Below are positions 63,301-64,000 of a stretch of DNA of 64,000 bases, piece after piece (the first letter of the stretch is position 1; each line of letters starts with the position of its first letter). Source of the DNA: Octopus bimaculoides (lineage: Eukaryota); contig NC_068998.1 of NCBI RefSeq assembly GCF_001194135.2, forward strand, positions 17,334,746 to 17,398,745, given 5' to 3'. Under the pieces are notes generated by a model. That model did no database searches, was not told where the DNA came from, and saw only the letters and a list, made by a program, of their open reading frames with translations. The translations under genes were made by a program, and so were the position numbers.

Positions 63301-64000
63301 AGCTGTTTTTTTCTTTTTTTTTTTATATCTTCTGGTTTCTGTAGCATTAAGCAGATGAGATTTAATTTTCTCATGAATAAGACAACTAGTAGTTGTTTTT
63401 CTTCTTGTAAGTGGAATTGAACTCCTGAAACTACAAACTAATTAATCCCTTATCAGTTCTAGTGCTGCTGTCTAAAGCTAGGTGAATTGGACTGAAATGT
63501 TTTGGTTGTATATATAACAGTATCAGTAAACAAACAAGTGCTGACTTCTTGGGTTGCTTTCTGCTTCTCTGTTCACTTGACCAAGATCTATTTCATAAGT
63601 GCGAAAAAAAATTTTTTTTAAAGTACATTTATAAATAATATTTCTGTGAAAAGGCAGAGCAGGATTATTATTTTAAACTAGAATTCAGAAATTATTGAGC
63701 CTCTCCTTGCAATTATCTTGGAAATGCTTTCAAACAAATCATTTTAAAATTTAATCAAACAAGACAAAGCAGAATCAGAGTTTTATTAATGATTTTCCGA
63801 ATTTAAAAAGGAAAAAGTTTCTTCACTAAATTTTCAAAATAATTGCCGTCAAAGTGTTAATGAAACTAAGGTAGTTGAAATTGCTACAAATAATTGATTT
63901 ACTCTTGTCCAAAGAATTGAAAAGAAAGAGAAAAATATATCTGCTACTGGAAGTTCAATTAAAGAAACTACAAATTCTTAAAAACTGAAATCTACAAAGT

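Noticed and set aside
46400-63600. snoRNA or miRNA candidates (ATGATGA...CTGA at ~56006; short hairpins at ~56450 and ~59065)
   Set aside because: The C/D spacing is too short, the stems are too short for pre-miRNAs, and I recognised no conserved mature miRNA sequence.

Overview
This is AT-rich, repeat-dense metazoan genomic DNA. The SINE families and microsatellite load suggest an octopus or other coleoid cephalopod; this is inference from remembered repeat motifs, not a database result. There are six N gaps. I found no prokaryotic features, rRNA, CRISPR array or intact tRNA gene. Most of the supplied ORF track is microsatellite or SINE noise. Recognisable coding remnants all come from transposons: Penelope GIY-YIG (x2), mariner (x3), maT/DD37D, an RTE LINE, an R4/Dong-like RLE LINE, an I-group LINE, and two Gypsy (CsRN1-like, tRNA-Trp PBS) mini LTR elements. 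A CpG-rich island at about 36.15-36.55 kb has E2F- and NRF1-like motifs and outward-facing splice donors, so it looks like a head-to-head promoter. That would make most of the window intronic for two divergent genes, for which only tentative exons can be proposed. The most unusual structure is at 27.7-34.5 kb: two related, internally deleted LTR elements with TG...TA termini and a covarying U5 terminal hairpin. One of them has a triplicated LTR-end/PBS leader, E2F/CRE/NRF1 motifs in its LTR, and a hAT insertion whose empty site is visible in the sister LTR. The second highlight is a Penelope insertion at 2.6-3.6 kb whose inverted terminal repeats carry a tRNA-like Pol III head and a degenerate hammerhead ribozyme.
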